Source: a virus
IMG/VR virus record: IMGVR_UViG_3300027566_000006
Location: 1 to 64,000 of that record
DNA: 64,000 bases
Direction: 5' to 3' (one strand)
The translations under genes were made by a program, and so were the position numbers. Shown here piece after piece: positions 14,493-24,063 of this stretch; the stretch's first letter is position 1; every line of letters starts with the position of its first letter. Under the pieces are notes generated by a model. The model ran no database searches. It saw only the letters and a list, made by a program, of their open reading frames with translations, and was not told where the DNA came from.

Positions 14493-15507
14493 TATTTATT
14501 TTTCCTTTCTGTTATTATTGATTCAAATAAAGAATTCATTAAAATGCAGTTCTTAAAAAAGTAATAAGTATTTTATTGCCATCTCTGGTTGCCGAATAAA
14601 TTTTATTACCATCATCATTACAAGATTCATCTGTAGTTTGATACCATAATATTTCTTCAACAACCTTTTCTGTAACTATACCCTTATGGAATCTAGTTTT
14701 AAATTCTTCACCTATAATTAATTCTAAATTTTCTCTCGTAATATCGACAAACTCTAAAATTGTAGCAGTAGTATCATTAAGTTTTGACCATAAAGATTCT
14801 TTTATCTGTTTCATATAATTCATCTCCTTATAATTTAATAGAACATAACTTTTATCTTAACTTAAACTTTCATACTCTTCTTCGGTAATTTCATAACACT
14901 CACAATTCATCTTTTGGAGCCATTCTACAAACAGATCGTTATCACTACACATTATCTTACCAACATACACACCGTTCTTAAATGCTTTCCCGAATCTAAA
15001 ATTTAATTCCATTATAATTCCTCCTCAATTTTATTAAAATATCCTTATTAATATAATACCACTATATTTATATTTGTCAATTATTTATTTTATGCTTTTA
15101 ATTAATTCCTAACTAACAAAAATTCCTTTACCCTCGCTCTTACCCCTTCCCTTTATACCATTGATTAAGTGCTTCTAAACATTCATCAAAAGATTCATAC
15201 TCTAAACCTTGCTCTAACGAATTATAATATATACGTTTATCACAATTATCCCCAGTACATTTGTGTAAACCACACCGTTTAATAAAACAACAAATAACCC
15301 AGTGGTACTTACCATTTGGGTTATAATAAATCGAAGTCAATATCCCTGTTTTTCGGTTCTTGTGTTGCCAAGTTTTGTAAACTTTTCTTTTTTTAATTTC
15401 TTTAAATTTCACATTAATCATTCCCCATCATTTTAATATGTATTATGGGTTTTTGAATGACTTAGTATGTGAAATTTTAACTATAAATATGAATTATGAA
15501 TAATGAT

Positions 15508-15903
15508 TTACAAATTACTTTGAATTAACCCTTTAAGAACGTCAATAGTATCAATAGTAATGTCTTTACAATCTTGATTCATAGTGTAACCATTAAACTT
15601 AATATCGTCTTTTTTAAGTTCAGATTGGAGTTGGTCTAACATCTTATATATGTCATTATCTGGCAATTTGCGTTTTTTGTCAAGAACAGAATTTCCATCA
15701 TCATCCTTTAATAACTCATCAAGTGTCATTTGATTATAATCGGCAATAATTTGTAATCTGGCAATATTAACAATATCTAATGTATCCTTTTTCTTCATAT
15801 CTAAAAGCCAATCACCGGGAAGCCCTATTGCTTCTCCCCATTCTTTATAATTCTTACATCCAGAACGTTCAAATAACATGTTGACTTTTTCACCGAAATT
15901 CAT
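15508..15903 (-). CDS. XRE-like HTH transcriptional regulator
   Basis: N-terminal FGEKV...IADYNQMTLDELL HTH pattern; downstream of the YopR-like gene, as yopS is in SPbeta. Confidence 0.6.
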   Translation of the reverse strand: MNFGEKVNMLFERSGCKNYKEWGEAIGLPGDWLLDMKKKDTLDIVNIARLQIIADYNQMTLDELLKDDDGNSVLDKKRKLPDNDIYKMLDQLQSELKKDDIKFNGYTMNQDCKDITIDTIDVLKGLIQSNL

Positions 15904-15931
15904 TTATTACACCTCACTTATTATTTATTGC

Positions 15932-16321
15932 TTACTGCCATTTGTTAGTTGTATATTTTTGCCCTATATCCTTTTGATTAAATACTAATAATCCTTTACC
16001 TTCCGTAGAAAAAACAAGTGAGTTTTTATCTAACCATCCATTATATTCTTCAACCTTACATAAATTCCATTGATTAGGATGATTGCATATACTCACTAGA
16101 TTTTCAATTCCTTTTTCAATTCCTGTTAAAAGCCTATAGTAAGTTTTCTCAAACAGTAATTTATTTAATACTTCAAAGCTTTCTTCTTTAATTAATTCGT
16201 CTAACAATTTTATTTGAGAATTAAGATAAGAAATATCTTTGAAATTATATCCCTTATCTATTAATCCATTCTTCATAAAATTTAATACTTTATATTTCAT
16301 CCACATTGTTTTTAAAATCAT
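15932..16321 (-). CDS. Hypothetical protein coupled to the repressor gene
   Basis: ATGA overlap with the 16318..17280 stop. Confidence 0.6.
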   Translation of the reverse strand: MILKTMWMKYKVLNFMKNGLIDKGYNFKDISYLNSQIKLLDELIKEESFEVLNKLLFEKTYYRLLTGIEKGIENLVSICNHPNQWNLCKVEEYNGWLDKNSLVFSTEGKGLLVFNQKDIGQKYTTNKWQ

Positions 16322-17280
16322 TTAAGCAACAACTCCTCGTATTGCACAAATTTTTCTTTTAGTTTAAAAGGATAACCATAATCAAATCTATCACAAATAT
16401 CAATATAATCATCTTTTGTGACTTCGCCTTTTTCTCTATATATATCCATAGCCATTTGAATCATTCCTGATTCATAAACTGTTGTTGCTGTAAGATATGG
16501 ATTATCAACCCATTTCTTAATCCTCGTCATACGAGAATTAAATAAAGCTGAATGAAATTTTTCAAATTTGTTTTTACCAGGAATTCTAAAAATAAGATTT
16601 TCAAAACGATTAATTTTACTTTTTCTAGGATCAGCTATTCTAGGATTATTAGTTATCTCTCCGTTATTCTCAACGTAGATTTCTTGCTCAAAGGTATCCT
16701 TAATTAATCCTACAGTTGAAGTTTCAACTTTTATAGTCCTTATATCATCATTGTTATTTTTCCTTAGTTTAATTATATTATTGTCAAAGTCAACATCATC
16801 TATAGAAAGGTTAATAATTTCTTCTAATGTTTCATCTCCGACTGTTCTGCCTCTAACCCCTAAGAAAAGCAATTCTAAAAGCAACTGGTCTTGTTCATTA
16901 TATAAGAGTTTTTGGTAATCTTTCAATTTCTCTTTAGATATAAACTTATTTAATAAAGCTTGCTTGCTAACATGCTTTTTAATATCAATAAACCTTGCTC
17001 TATTCTCTTTGTGCAAAACCAAATTCTTGTTTATGCAAAAATCAATATAAGTTACTAAAATAGATTTATTTTTGTCTCCACTACTTTTTGAAGTATTCCC
17101 AAATTTAGAGAATAACTCGTCTAATTCAGAAATCGTTAAGTTATAAACTGGTTTATTAACCAATTGTTCATACTCATCTATTGTACGCAGAATAAAAGAA
17201 TCTGATTCAGCAGTAGCCGTAGGTTTACTGCTCAAATATTCTTGCTTGATTTCATTGTCTACTTCATAAACCATATCCAT
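16318..17280 (-). CDS. YopR/MrpR-like repressor with a catalytically degenerate tyrosine-recombinase fold
   Basis: 320 aa; box I-like LELLFLGVRG..EEIINLSIDDVDF but no HxxR or LGH..Y; directly follows a DGQHR gene, as yopR follows yopQ in SPbeta. Confidence 0.7.
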   Translation of the reverse strand: MDMVYEVDNEIKQEYLSSKPTATAESDSFILRTIDEYEQLVNKPVYNLTISELDELFSKFGNTSKSSGDKNKSILVTYIDFCINKNLVLHKENRARFIDIKKHVSKQALLNKFISKEKLKDYQKLLYNEQDQLLLELLFLGVRGRTVGDETLEEIINLSIDDVDFDNNIIKLRKNNNDDIRTIKVETSTVGLIKDTFEQEIYVENNGEITNNPRIADPRKSKINRFENLIFRIPGKNKFEKFHSALFNSRMTRIKKWVDNPYLTATTVYESGMIQMAMDIYREKGEVTKDDYIDICDRFDYGYPFKLKEKFVQYEELLLK

Positions 17281-17281
17281 T

Positions 17282-18649
17282 TTAAATCCCCTCCGTTAGT
17301 AAGTTATACAATTTAGTTCTTAGAGTTTTATTAGCATCCTTATTGTTGTTTACCATCCCTAAATCTTTCCATAGTTTATTAGTATTCTTGAAGTTAATAG
17401 ATTTCATCTGTTTCTTTAATATTTCTTTCCAATCTTTATTGTTTTGTAATTTAGCAGATAGAGCAATATAGGCATAGAAAATATTTTTATTATTAATCAT
17501 ACTGGTTTCTCTGATTTTATAGGGATCAGCTATAAATTCTTCTGAATATAACCCCATCAAATAATCAGTAAACTCAACAATCCACTTTCCTATATTTCTA
17601 ATATTACTACTTATTTTTAATTGTTCTTCGTAGCATTCTTTAATGGCTTCAGCAACAATACTCTTTTTAGTTAATGCTTTATTGAGCCTAATATAACTAT
17701 CTTCTTCTTTCATTACTTTAGCAAGTTCAGATAGTTTATCATCCACTATAACATCTATAACTAAATTTTCCGATTTATTATAATCCTTTAATTGTATCCA
17801 TTCTTTCTTCATAGGTTTTTGTTTATCTTTTTGGGTCATATAATCATGAGCAGCCTTTTCGGATAAAAATGTTATTGTGACTTGCCAATTAAACTGTAAC
17901 TCAGGATTTTCCATTAAAGCTAGAGTATTTGCTGTTTTTCGATGAAAACCGTCTACTATGTTGATGATGCTACCTTCATTGATTGTTAAAGTTTCCTTAT
18001 TATCATTATATGAAACGCTAGATTCACCATTGTTTAAAATATTTAAAATAATTGGATCTGGATATTGTTCTCCTGCAAGCATACGATCTTTAATTTCTTT
18101 AATTTTTACTTTATCTATATTTATTTGTTCTCCAAATGCAGTTATTTTAGGATTTCTCTGAGTAGAAAAATTATAAAGGATAGCATTTTTCTCATCTATC
18201 TCTCCTAATAACTGGGCAGACATAGGAAGTTGCCATATTCTACTCTCTGATAAACCTACCCTTTGAGCCTTTTCAAGCACTAGAGGAAAAATATCTTCAT
18301 TATTTTGTTCTTCTTTGTAATCTTTCCATTGATTATATTCTAATTCAGTAAAATAGTCTTGAGGATTAATTCTAAATTCACTATTTACTTTCGCTAATAC
18401 TTTCCCAAGTATAAGCGTAAAAAGAAATAGGAAACGAACATCGGTTTCAGAATCAGTGAGAGTATTTAGAGGGATATTTTCAGATAATACCCAAGTAGCT
18501 CGTAAACTACCATTAGTACTCCTTAACCCTCTTGATATAAACTCTTTTCTAACTTCCTCTTTGATGTCTTTATCGTATCCTATTCCCTTTACGATTTCGC
18601 TTAACTTATTTTTTAATTGTAATTCTTGCTGTTTAATCATTATTGACAC
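17282..18649 (-). CDS. YopQ-like DGQHR/DndB-family (ParB-superfamily) protein
   Basis: QRN motif and IVDGFHR motif; 455 aa; synteny with the YopR-like gene. Confidence 0.7.
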   Translation of the reverse strand: MSIMIKQQELQLKNKLSEIVKGIGYDKDIKEEVRKEFISRGLRSTNGSLRATWVLSENIPLNTLTDSETDVRFLFLFTLILGKVLAKVNSEFRINPQDYFTELEYNQWKDYKEEQNNEDIFPLVLEKAQRVGLSESRIWQLPMSAQLLGEIDEKNAILYNFSTQRNPKITAFGEQINIDKVKIKEIKDRMLAGEQYPDPIILNILNNGESSVSYNDNKETLTINEGSIINIVDGFHRKTANTLALMENPELQFNWQVTITFLSEKAAHDYMTQKDKQKPMKKEWIQLKDYNKSENLVIDVIVDDKLSELAKVMKEEDSYIRLNKALTKKSIVAEAIKECYEEQLKISSNIRNIGKWIVEFTDYLMGLYSEEFIADPYKIRETSMINNKNIFYAYIALSAKLQNNKDWKEILKKQMKSINFKNTNKLWKDLGMVNNNKDANKTLRTKLYNLLTEGI

Positions 18650-18679
18650 ACCTCCGTATTCTTTATTATTATGTAATAC

Positions 18680-18709
18680 ATTCTAATATAAATATACACT
18701 GGTTGTCAA
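18680..18709 (-). promoter_or_regulatory. sigmaA-type promoter for the yopQ/yopR-like operon
   Basis: TTGACA-18-TAGAAT on the minus strand. Confidence 0.6.
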
Positions 18710-18750
18710 TATAATATACATTTAATTTTTATATTTTATTATTAATATGC

Positions 18751-19002
18751 CTATTCTGTATGAATTCTTGCCCCATTTGGAATATCATCTATGTTTATGT
18801 ATTCATGATGAAATTCTTGACCTAACATCTCTAAGTATTTTTTGACAGTATCTTCATTAGCATAATACTTAAAACTTCCTTTCCCATCTACGGGGATTCC
18901 TGAATAAAGCGTGTGATAATACCCTTGGCTTGTTTCTCGTATGTTTACAAAGTTTCCGGCTTGATTTTTAATAACCCAAACTTGTTTGTTTTGCATTGGC
19001 AT
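18751..19002 (-). CDS. Hypothetical protein, probably SOS-regulated
   Basis: 83-aa ORF with AAGGAGG RBS downstream of an SOS box. Confidence 0.6.
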   Translation of the reverse strand: MPMQNKQVWVIKNQAGNFVNIRETSQGYYHTLYSGIPVDGKGSFKYYANEDTVKKYLEMLGQEFHHEYINIDDIPNGARIHTE

Positions 19003-19049
19003 ATGTATAATTCCTCCTTAAATTTAATAATATGATTCAACTAAATTAT

Positions 19050-19063
19050 AGAACACTTGTTCG
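19050..19063. promoter_or_regulatory. LexA/DinR (Cheo) SOS box
   Basis: CGAACAAGTGTTCT on the minus strand (GAAC-N4-GTTC), about 10 bp downstream of an extended -10 TGcTATAAT at 19073-19081. Confidence 0.75.
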
Positions 19064-19224
19064 CTTTTATTTATTATAGCATCTTGGTAAATTAATACAA
19101 TGATAATTTTAAGTTTGAATTTGAAAAATAAATACTTTGTGAAATCCTTTACTTATTAACTATATTTTATATTTTATACCTTTATTTAAATATTACAATT
19201 CAAACCTATCTAAAATATTGGACT

Positions 19225-19962
19225 TTATTCGACTTTTTTAAAGATAGGTAGTGCAATAATACCACTTAATAACACTCCATACATTATAGAATTGCTCACC
19301 CAATTACTATTTATTGACAATTGTAAAATATATAATATGAAAATAATTACTAATGAAATGCCTTTAAACTTTACTTTCTCGTTATCAGTTAACAATCTAT
19401 TCTTATGTTCAACTGGTGCATATACCATAGCAATGACGAAAACTGTCAAAAAAATGGATAAATTTATTATATAATTGTATGGTATTAAAGCCGATAGTAA
19501 ACTGAATAGGGTTAAAGTAGCTAGAGATATCCATGCACATTTCGTATATGAGTTGAAGTGCAGACCCCCTACAAAGACTCTAAGCGACATAAATGCAAGG
19601 ACTACAACAAGCATTTGGGGTAATATTCCAAGAACAAGTCCGACAATTAAAAGGAGCGAACCCTTAATTAAAGCTCCCCATAAAATTTTAAAACCATAAT
19701 AATAAAAGTATTTATAATTGTGTTTTAGATATTTTCGACTTTGATAATCCTCGTTTAATAATTCTATTTTAGATTTTTGTTTTTTAGTTAAACCATCTAG
19801 AAATTTTATTATATTTTCTAATTTATTTATTAGTTTAGTATGTTTTTCTATTTCACCTATTAAACCTTCATGCATTTTTACCTGTAGCCATTTTGCTAAG
19901 ATATAAGAAAACCATTTAACGAATTTTAGAGTGTATAAATATTTTATATTTTTATTTTGCAT
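19225..19962 (-). CDS. agrB: Accessory gene regulator B (autoinducing-peptide processing peptidase)
   Basis: YGFKIL, LRVFVGGLH-x5-C (catalytic His/Cys) and YAPVEHKNRLL motifs; multiple TM helices. Confidence 0.9.
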   Translation of the reverse strand: MQNKNIKYLYTLKFVKWFSYILAKWLQVKMHEGLIGEIEKHTKLINKLENIIKFLDGLTKKQKSKIELLNEDYQSRKYLKHNYKYFYYYGFKILWGALIKGSLLLIVGLVLGILPQMLVVVLAFMSLRVFVGGLHFNSYTKCAWISLATLTLFSLLSALIPYNYIINLSIFLTVFVIAMVYAPVEHKNRLLTDNEKVKFKGISLVIIFILYILQLSINSNWVSNSIMYGVLLSGIIALPIFKKVE

Positions 19963-20266
19963 TTGTTACTATCCTTTTATATGTAAATCTTTTAGGTCTT
20001 CTTAAAACATTGTTATGTTTGTATATACTGTCGTATGTATCATACAGGCTTCGCTTTTGTGCTTGTAAATGATGTTTATTTTTTCGACTATTCCTATTCT
20101 TATGATATAAACAATATTTTTTATATATACAATCTGTTATTTCAATTTCCCATTGCTCAAGGGGTGTCTCCACTATAATTATATTTGCTAATGGAAACAC
20201 CTTAGAGCGAGTTTTGAATAACCTATCAAAATACTTAATTCTCTGTACCATTAATTCATCAATCAT
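19952..20266 (-). CDS. Basic hypothetical protein between the MazF fusion and agrB
   Basis: 104 aa, RBS present, overlaps the agrB start. Confidence 0.6.
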   Translation of the reverse strand: MIDELMVQRIKYFDRLFKTRSKVFPLANIIIVETPLEQWEIEITDCIYKKYCLYHKNRNSRKNKHHLQAQKRSLYDTYDSIYKHNNVLRRPKRFTYKRIVTNAK

Positions 20267-20291
20267 TATTACATCTCCTTAATTTAGAGTG

Positions 20292-21152
20292 CTACAAGGC
20301 GCACACATAACTATTTGTGCTTTCATATTCATAAACTACATTTTCAATATTTCTATTATATTTTTTACAATAGTTAGCCAATCTACCAACTATATTATCT
20401 GATATACTACTTAATCCTCTTGACTTCTTTGTTTGGGGATGACTATTCAATACTTTAATTTGCTCTATCAATTCAAATGCAATATCATCATTAAATAAAC
20501 AGTCAATCAAACCTAATTGCTTCTCGATTGCCGTATTCACTTCAAATATTTTTTCTTCTGACAAGTCTAAAACCTTAATTGGCACTCTATTATAAAACAA
20601 TCTTCTTTTAGTCACTGTTCTTATTTGTTCGAGACAAATAATGCTATCTTGGCGCATACCTTCATTTGTTGTTATTTTTACATGCGTAGGCATTGGTCTT
20701 TTTTGTTTTGTAGTTAAAGGGGCTATGGTTAACATACTACTATTTTCATTGCCCTTATTATTTGAAATAATAAGGCAAGGTCTAATACCCTCTTGTTCAG
20801 AATCTAAGTTATTGAAACCAAGATCAATATAATAAATACTTCCTCTACTGGGATAATAATTTGCCCAACTTTTATCTTCATTAGGATCACACTTTGAATA
20901 ACCACAAATTTGACATAAATGTAAGTATGTAACTCTCCCCTGACTTGCTCTTTCTATAACTCTTAAGACTTCCCTTTCGGGTAACACAGAGATTTTCTTG
21001 TCTAGTATGTTATTGATGTAATTTGCATCCACCATACGGCAATCCTGAGCAAACATTTTTACTGACCTGTGACCTTTTGCAAAGTTTACCATTATTGCTA
21101 ATTCTTCCTTAATTGCTTCTAGGGATTTTTTATCCACCTTTTCAGTTGCCAT
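20292..21152 (-). CDS. mazF: PemK/MazF-family endoribonuclease with N-terminal XRE-like HTH and C-terminal extension
   Basis: RGSIYYIDL..SEQEGIRPCLIISN..TIAPLTT..PTHV..DSIICLEQIRTV matches MazF; the first ~95 aa look like an XRE HTH. Confidence 0.85.
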   Translation of the reverse strand: MATEKVDKKSLEAIKEELAIMVNFAKGHRSVKMFAQDCRMVDANYINNILDKKISVLPEREVLRVIERASQGRVTYLHLCQICGYSKCDPNEDKSWANYYPSRGSIYYIDLGFNNLDSEQEGIRPCLIISNNKGNENSSMLTIAPLTTKQKRPMPTHVKITTNEGMRQDSIICLEQIRTVTKRRLFYNRVPIKVLDLSEEKIFEVNTAIEKQLGLIDCLFNDDIAFELIEQIKVLNSHPQTKKSRGLSSISDNIVGRLANYCKKYNRNIENVVYEYESTNSYVCAL

Positions 21153-21194
21153 TTAAAACCACTCCTTCAATATTTTATATTCTTAATATATGTG

Positions 21195-21223
21195 ATTATA
21201 CTATTTGTTAGAACATATTGCAA
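21195..21223 (-). promoter_or_regulatory. sigmaA-type promoter for the HTH-mazF/orf/agrB unit
   Basis: TTGCAA-17-TATAAT. Confidence 0.6.
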
Positions 21224-21236
21224 TAAATTTATTTTT

Positions 21237-21278
21237 ATATTCTGTATAAACCAAAACAAATTAATTTATACAGAATAT
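21237..21278. repeat. Perfect 14-bp inverted repeat between agrD and the mazF promoter
   Basis: ATATTCTGTATAAA-N14-TTTATACAGAATAT; no U-tract on the minus strand, so an operator or atypical terminator. Confidence 0.7.
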
Positions 21279-21296
21279 TGGAGTTATGTAGTCTAA

Positions 21297-21440
21297 TTAT
21301 TTAGACAACATAGAAGGGGTTTTGGGCTGATTAAGCCACATAAAAGATGCTGTACCAGCTCCAGTTCCAGCATACTTTGCTACAAATCCAACAACGGTAA
21401 TAATAGCTACGGTTAAAACAGGAAACATATACTTCTTCAT
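21297..21440 (-). CDS. agrD: AgrD cyclic-lactone autoinducer peptide precursor (47 aa); absent from the ORF track
   Basis: MKKYMFPVLTVAIITVVGFVAKYAGTGAGTASFMWLNQPKTPSMLSK: hydrophobic leader, S-FMWL ring candidate, QPxxP tail, GAAAGGAG RBS. Confidence 0.9.
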   Translation of the reverse strand: MKKYMFPVLTVAIITVVGFVAKYAGTGAGTASFMWLNQPKTPSMLSK

Positions 21441-21468
21441 AAAATTCTCTCCTTTCTTTTAATTTAAT

Positions 21469-22260
21469 TTATACATCAATATCATCGAGCATATGCTGAT
21501 AAGATTGTTGTAACCCAAACATCTTAGATAATAAATAATTAATAGGGATTATATAAAGAAATATTAAAATTGTTGGTATAGTGGTAAATAAAATACTTAT
21601 CATAATTCGTATTATTGTTGATAATTCATTAAAAATATTGGAACTAGACATCCATTTTACTGCACTTGCTAAAACAAATAAAACTAAGCTAACAAATATT
21701 ACTGTAACTATTGAAAGAACTTTATCTTTAAAAATATTAGACATATACTTCTTTTCAAATATCATTGATTTATAATATATAAAATAAACTAGGAATATTT
21801 GAAATATTTTTACGGGTAATGTCATTAAAAATTTTACCCATATATTAGCATTAATTAATTCTAAAGATTCATTTGATAAGCCTAACATTAATGGAACATA
21901 TACCATTTCCGTGAGAGTTATAGCTATCATCCCAAATACAATTGCAATAATAATTTTATACCATTTAATACTATCTTCAATATAGTTTGTTTTTTCTAAT
22001 ATATATTTTAATGAAATAAATAACATTATTAATGGAATGAAGAATTTTAATACAAAATTAGGAATAATATAAATAAATATATTTATGCTTATTGCAGTTA
22101 AAACAGTAGGCAACGCCAACCATTTAATATTTTCTTTCCATCTATAAGTGTCTACTAAATCATGTCTTTTTAATTGTATTAAACATAATAATACCCAAAC
22201 AAATTCCTCTGGAATTGATATTAACCAAAAATTCAACAAGGCATTAATAACATTCTGCAT
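21469..22260 (-). CDS. AgrC-like multi-TM sensor domain lacking the histidine kinase domain
   Basis: 263 aa, about 7 hydrophobic helices, ends shortly after the last TM; immediately upstream of agrD. Confidence 0.55.
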   Translation of the reverse strand: MQNVINALLNFWLISIPEEFVWVLLCLIQLKRHDLVDTYRWKENIKWLALPTVLTAISINIFIYIIPNFVLKFFIPLIMLFISLKYILEKTNYIEDSIKWYKIIIAIVFGMIAITLTEMVYVPLMLGLSNESLELINANIWVKFLMTLPVKIFQIFLVYFIYYKSMIFEKKYMSNIFKDKVLSIVTVIFVSLVLFVLASAVKWMSSSNIFNELSTIIRIMISILFTTIPTILIFLYIIPINYLLSKMFGLQQSYQHMLDDIDV

Positions 22261-22337
22261 TTACCACACTCTCCTTTTATGTATTATACAATTATTACTA
22301 AATAGAGTATAGCATATATATTATGTTTTGTCTATAT

Positions 22338-22901
22338 TTATTTTATATTTTTGTTAGAATTTTTAATCGCATAGTAAAGGATGATAAATACGTACATTCT
22401 TATCATCAGATCACCGACTGAAACTATTGTCCAACCGAAATCAAAAATGTCACACAAATAAATCATTTTACAATAAGCATTACCTAATACATGTATACCA
22501 TCTTGGATAAATTCAGGTTTAACGTACCCCGTCCAATAAGATAAATCGGGAAATACTGGCATACCACCATTAGCTTTAACTGCAATTTTATTTAAGGTTG
22601 CCCCTAACCATAAGCAAAATGTAGCTATTACCATAGGAGACTTAATTAAACTACCATTTTTATCTTCATTTAGATTGTATTTCAGTATCAACGGTATGTA
22701 ACTCAATAACGTTGCTGTCTTTATGTAATAGGCATAAGGAATAAACCAGTAAATATTATTCCATATTGTGATTTCCAGAAAAATATAGAAAATAGCAAAT
22801 AGGAGTGGCGGGTATATGTGCCACGACTTAAATATTAGACTTAGTTTATATTTGTTTTTTAATTTGGCATATAAAAATGCCCCAATAATAAATTCAATCA
22901 A
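22338..22901 (-). CDS. DUF5317-like membrane protein
   Basis: LN..AVKANGGMPV and CDIFD..SVGDL motifs. Confidence 0.7.
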   Translation of the reverse strand: MIEFIIGAFLYAKLKNKYKLSLIFKSWHIYPPLLFAIFYIFLEITIWNNIYWFIPYAYYIKTATLLSYIPLILKYNLNEDKNGSLIKSPMVIATFCLWLGATLNKIAVKANGGMPVFPDLSYWTGYVKPEFIQDGIHVLGNAYCKMIYLCDIFDFGWTIVSVGDLMIRMYVFIILYYAIKNSNKNIK

Positions 22902-23409
22902 TCAGTTTCCTTCTTTCTTTTTATATTTTAAATATCATTACAAAAGTAATAGTTCATCACAATTTAACCAACCAACCAATCAGCACATTGAATATCGAAA
23001 TGATCATCTTCTCTTATAGCAAAAACTAATAACTTCCCCTTACCCTCTATTTCCTTATAGTAAAAGGCATGGTCATTACAATAAACATTCATTAAGTCTG
23101 GTTGTTCAACTGCTATTTTAATTTCTTCTGGAGTAATTTCTGGTCTTTTCATATTCTCTTTCCTTTCTATATCATCACCAATTCAGGATTTCATTTAATA
23201 TTATCAACTTGTATTAAATAAACTTGTGCCGGATCTTCTGAATTTGCTTTAATCGCTAAATAATAATTACCCTCTAATGCATGAACAATAAGGTATTCTT
23301 CATTTTTATAAATAACTTATTTAGCAAATACCGCTTGTTGCAATAATGTTCCCCACATTTTTATATTCTCCTTTCATTTAATACCAAACCAGAATTTTGA
23401 ATCATTATT

Positions 23410-24063
23410 TTATTTAATTAATTGTGGATAATCATGTAATCCCCACCATCTTTGATAATTATTCACTACAATTTCAAATTCATCATCTTCAATTTCTTCC
23501 ATTGTATTATAAAATTCATCGTCCGCTGTGCATCCTCCGCACCCTTCCCCAATATAAATCATTACGCAAGATGGATTTACCTCTCTCATTTTTTGCAATA
23601 CTTTTAAAGCGATATCATCCATATAAGGCCATGACATAATAATTACATTTGTTTCTCTACCATATTTCTCTACCGCTTTAATAGCATCAATATTTTCAAT
23701 TGTTGTCCATAACCTATTATTACCTTCCCAATCTTCATGAGATTTCCATGAGAAATCATCTGTTGCTATAATATTAATCCCTTGTTGTTGTAATGCATAA
23801 CTTATTACACCTGTACCAGCCATAACCTCAAGACATTTTCTTGTACCAATCCATTTAGATAATGGCTCGATCCAATTTAAAGAAACTAAACTAAAACCAA
23901 TCTGTTTAATAAATTTAGTCCTTTTACTGTATGAATTCCAATCATTCACAAGGTATTCTGGATATGATTCTGGTATTTGTTTATTTTCTATTTGATTTTC
24001 AATATGTAAAATATCATCTTTCATTTCTGTAGTAAGTTCATCATCTTTCAATAAACTCCTCAT
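23410..24063 (-). CDS. Class I SAM-dependent methyltransferase-like protein
   Basis: LEVMAGTG motif I. Confidence 0.55.
   Translation of the reverse strand: MRSLLKDDELTTEMKDDILHIENQIENKQIPESYPEYLVNDWNSYSKRTKFIKQIGFSLVSLNWIEPLSKWIGTRKCLEVMAGTGVISYALQQQGINIIATDDFSWKSHEDWEGNNRLWTTIENIDAIKAVEKYGRETNVIIMSWPYMDDIALKVLQKMREVNPSCVMIYIGEGCGGCTADDEFYNTMEEIEDDEFEIVVNNYQRWWGLHDYPQLIK

Larger units (their letters stand above)
100..15421 (-). other. Array of about 45 small minus-strand hypothetical phage ORFs (many Cys-rich zinc-ribbon proteins)
   Basis: ORF track: tightly packed 60-165 aa ORFs, most preceded by AAGGAG(G); many CxxC pairs. Confidence 0.85.

Noticed and set aside
16318-17280. Active phage integrase
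   Set aside because: Lacks the HxxR and LGH..Y catalytic motifs; synteny fits a YopR/MrpR-type repressor
17282-18649. Dnd phosphorothioation system
   Set aside because: Only a DGQHR/DndB-like gene; no dndC, dndD or dndE in the window
21211-21222. SOS box in the mazF promoter (GAACATATTGCA)
   Set aside because: Only one half-site matches GAAC-N4-GTTC
19225-22260. Complete canonical agrBDCA locus
   Set aside because: No kinase domain and no AgrA response regulator
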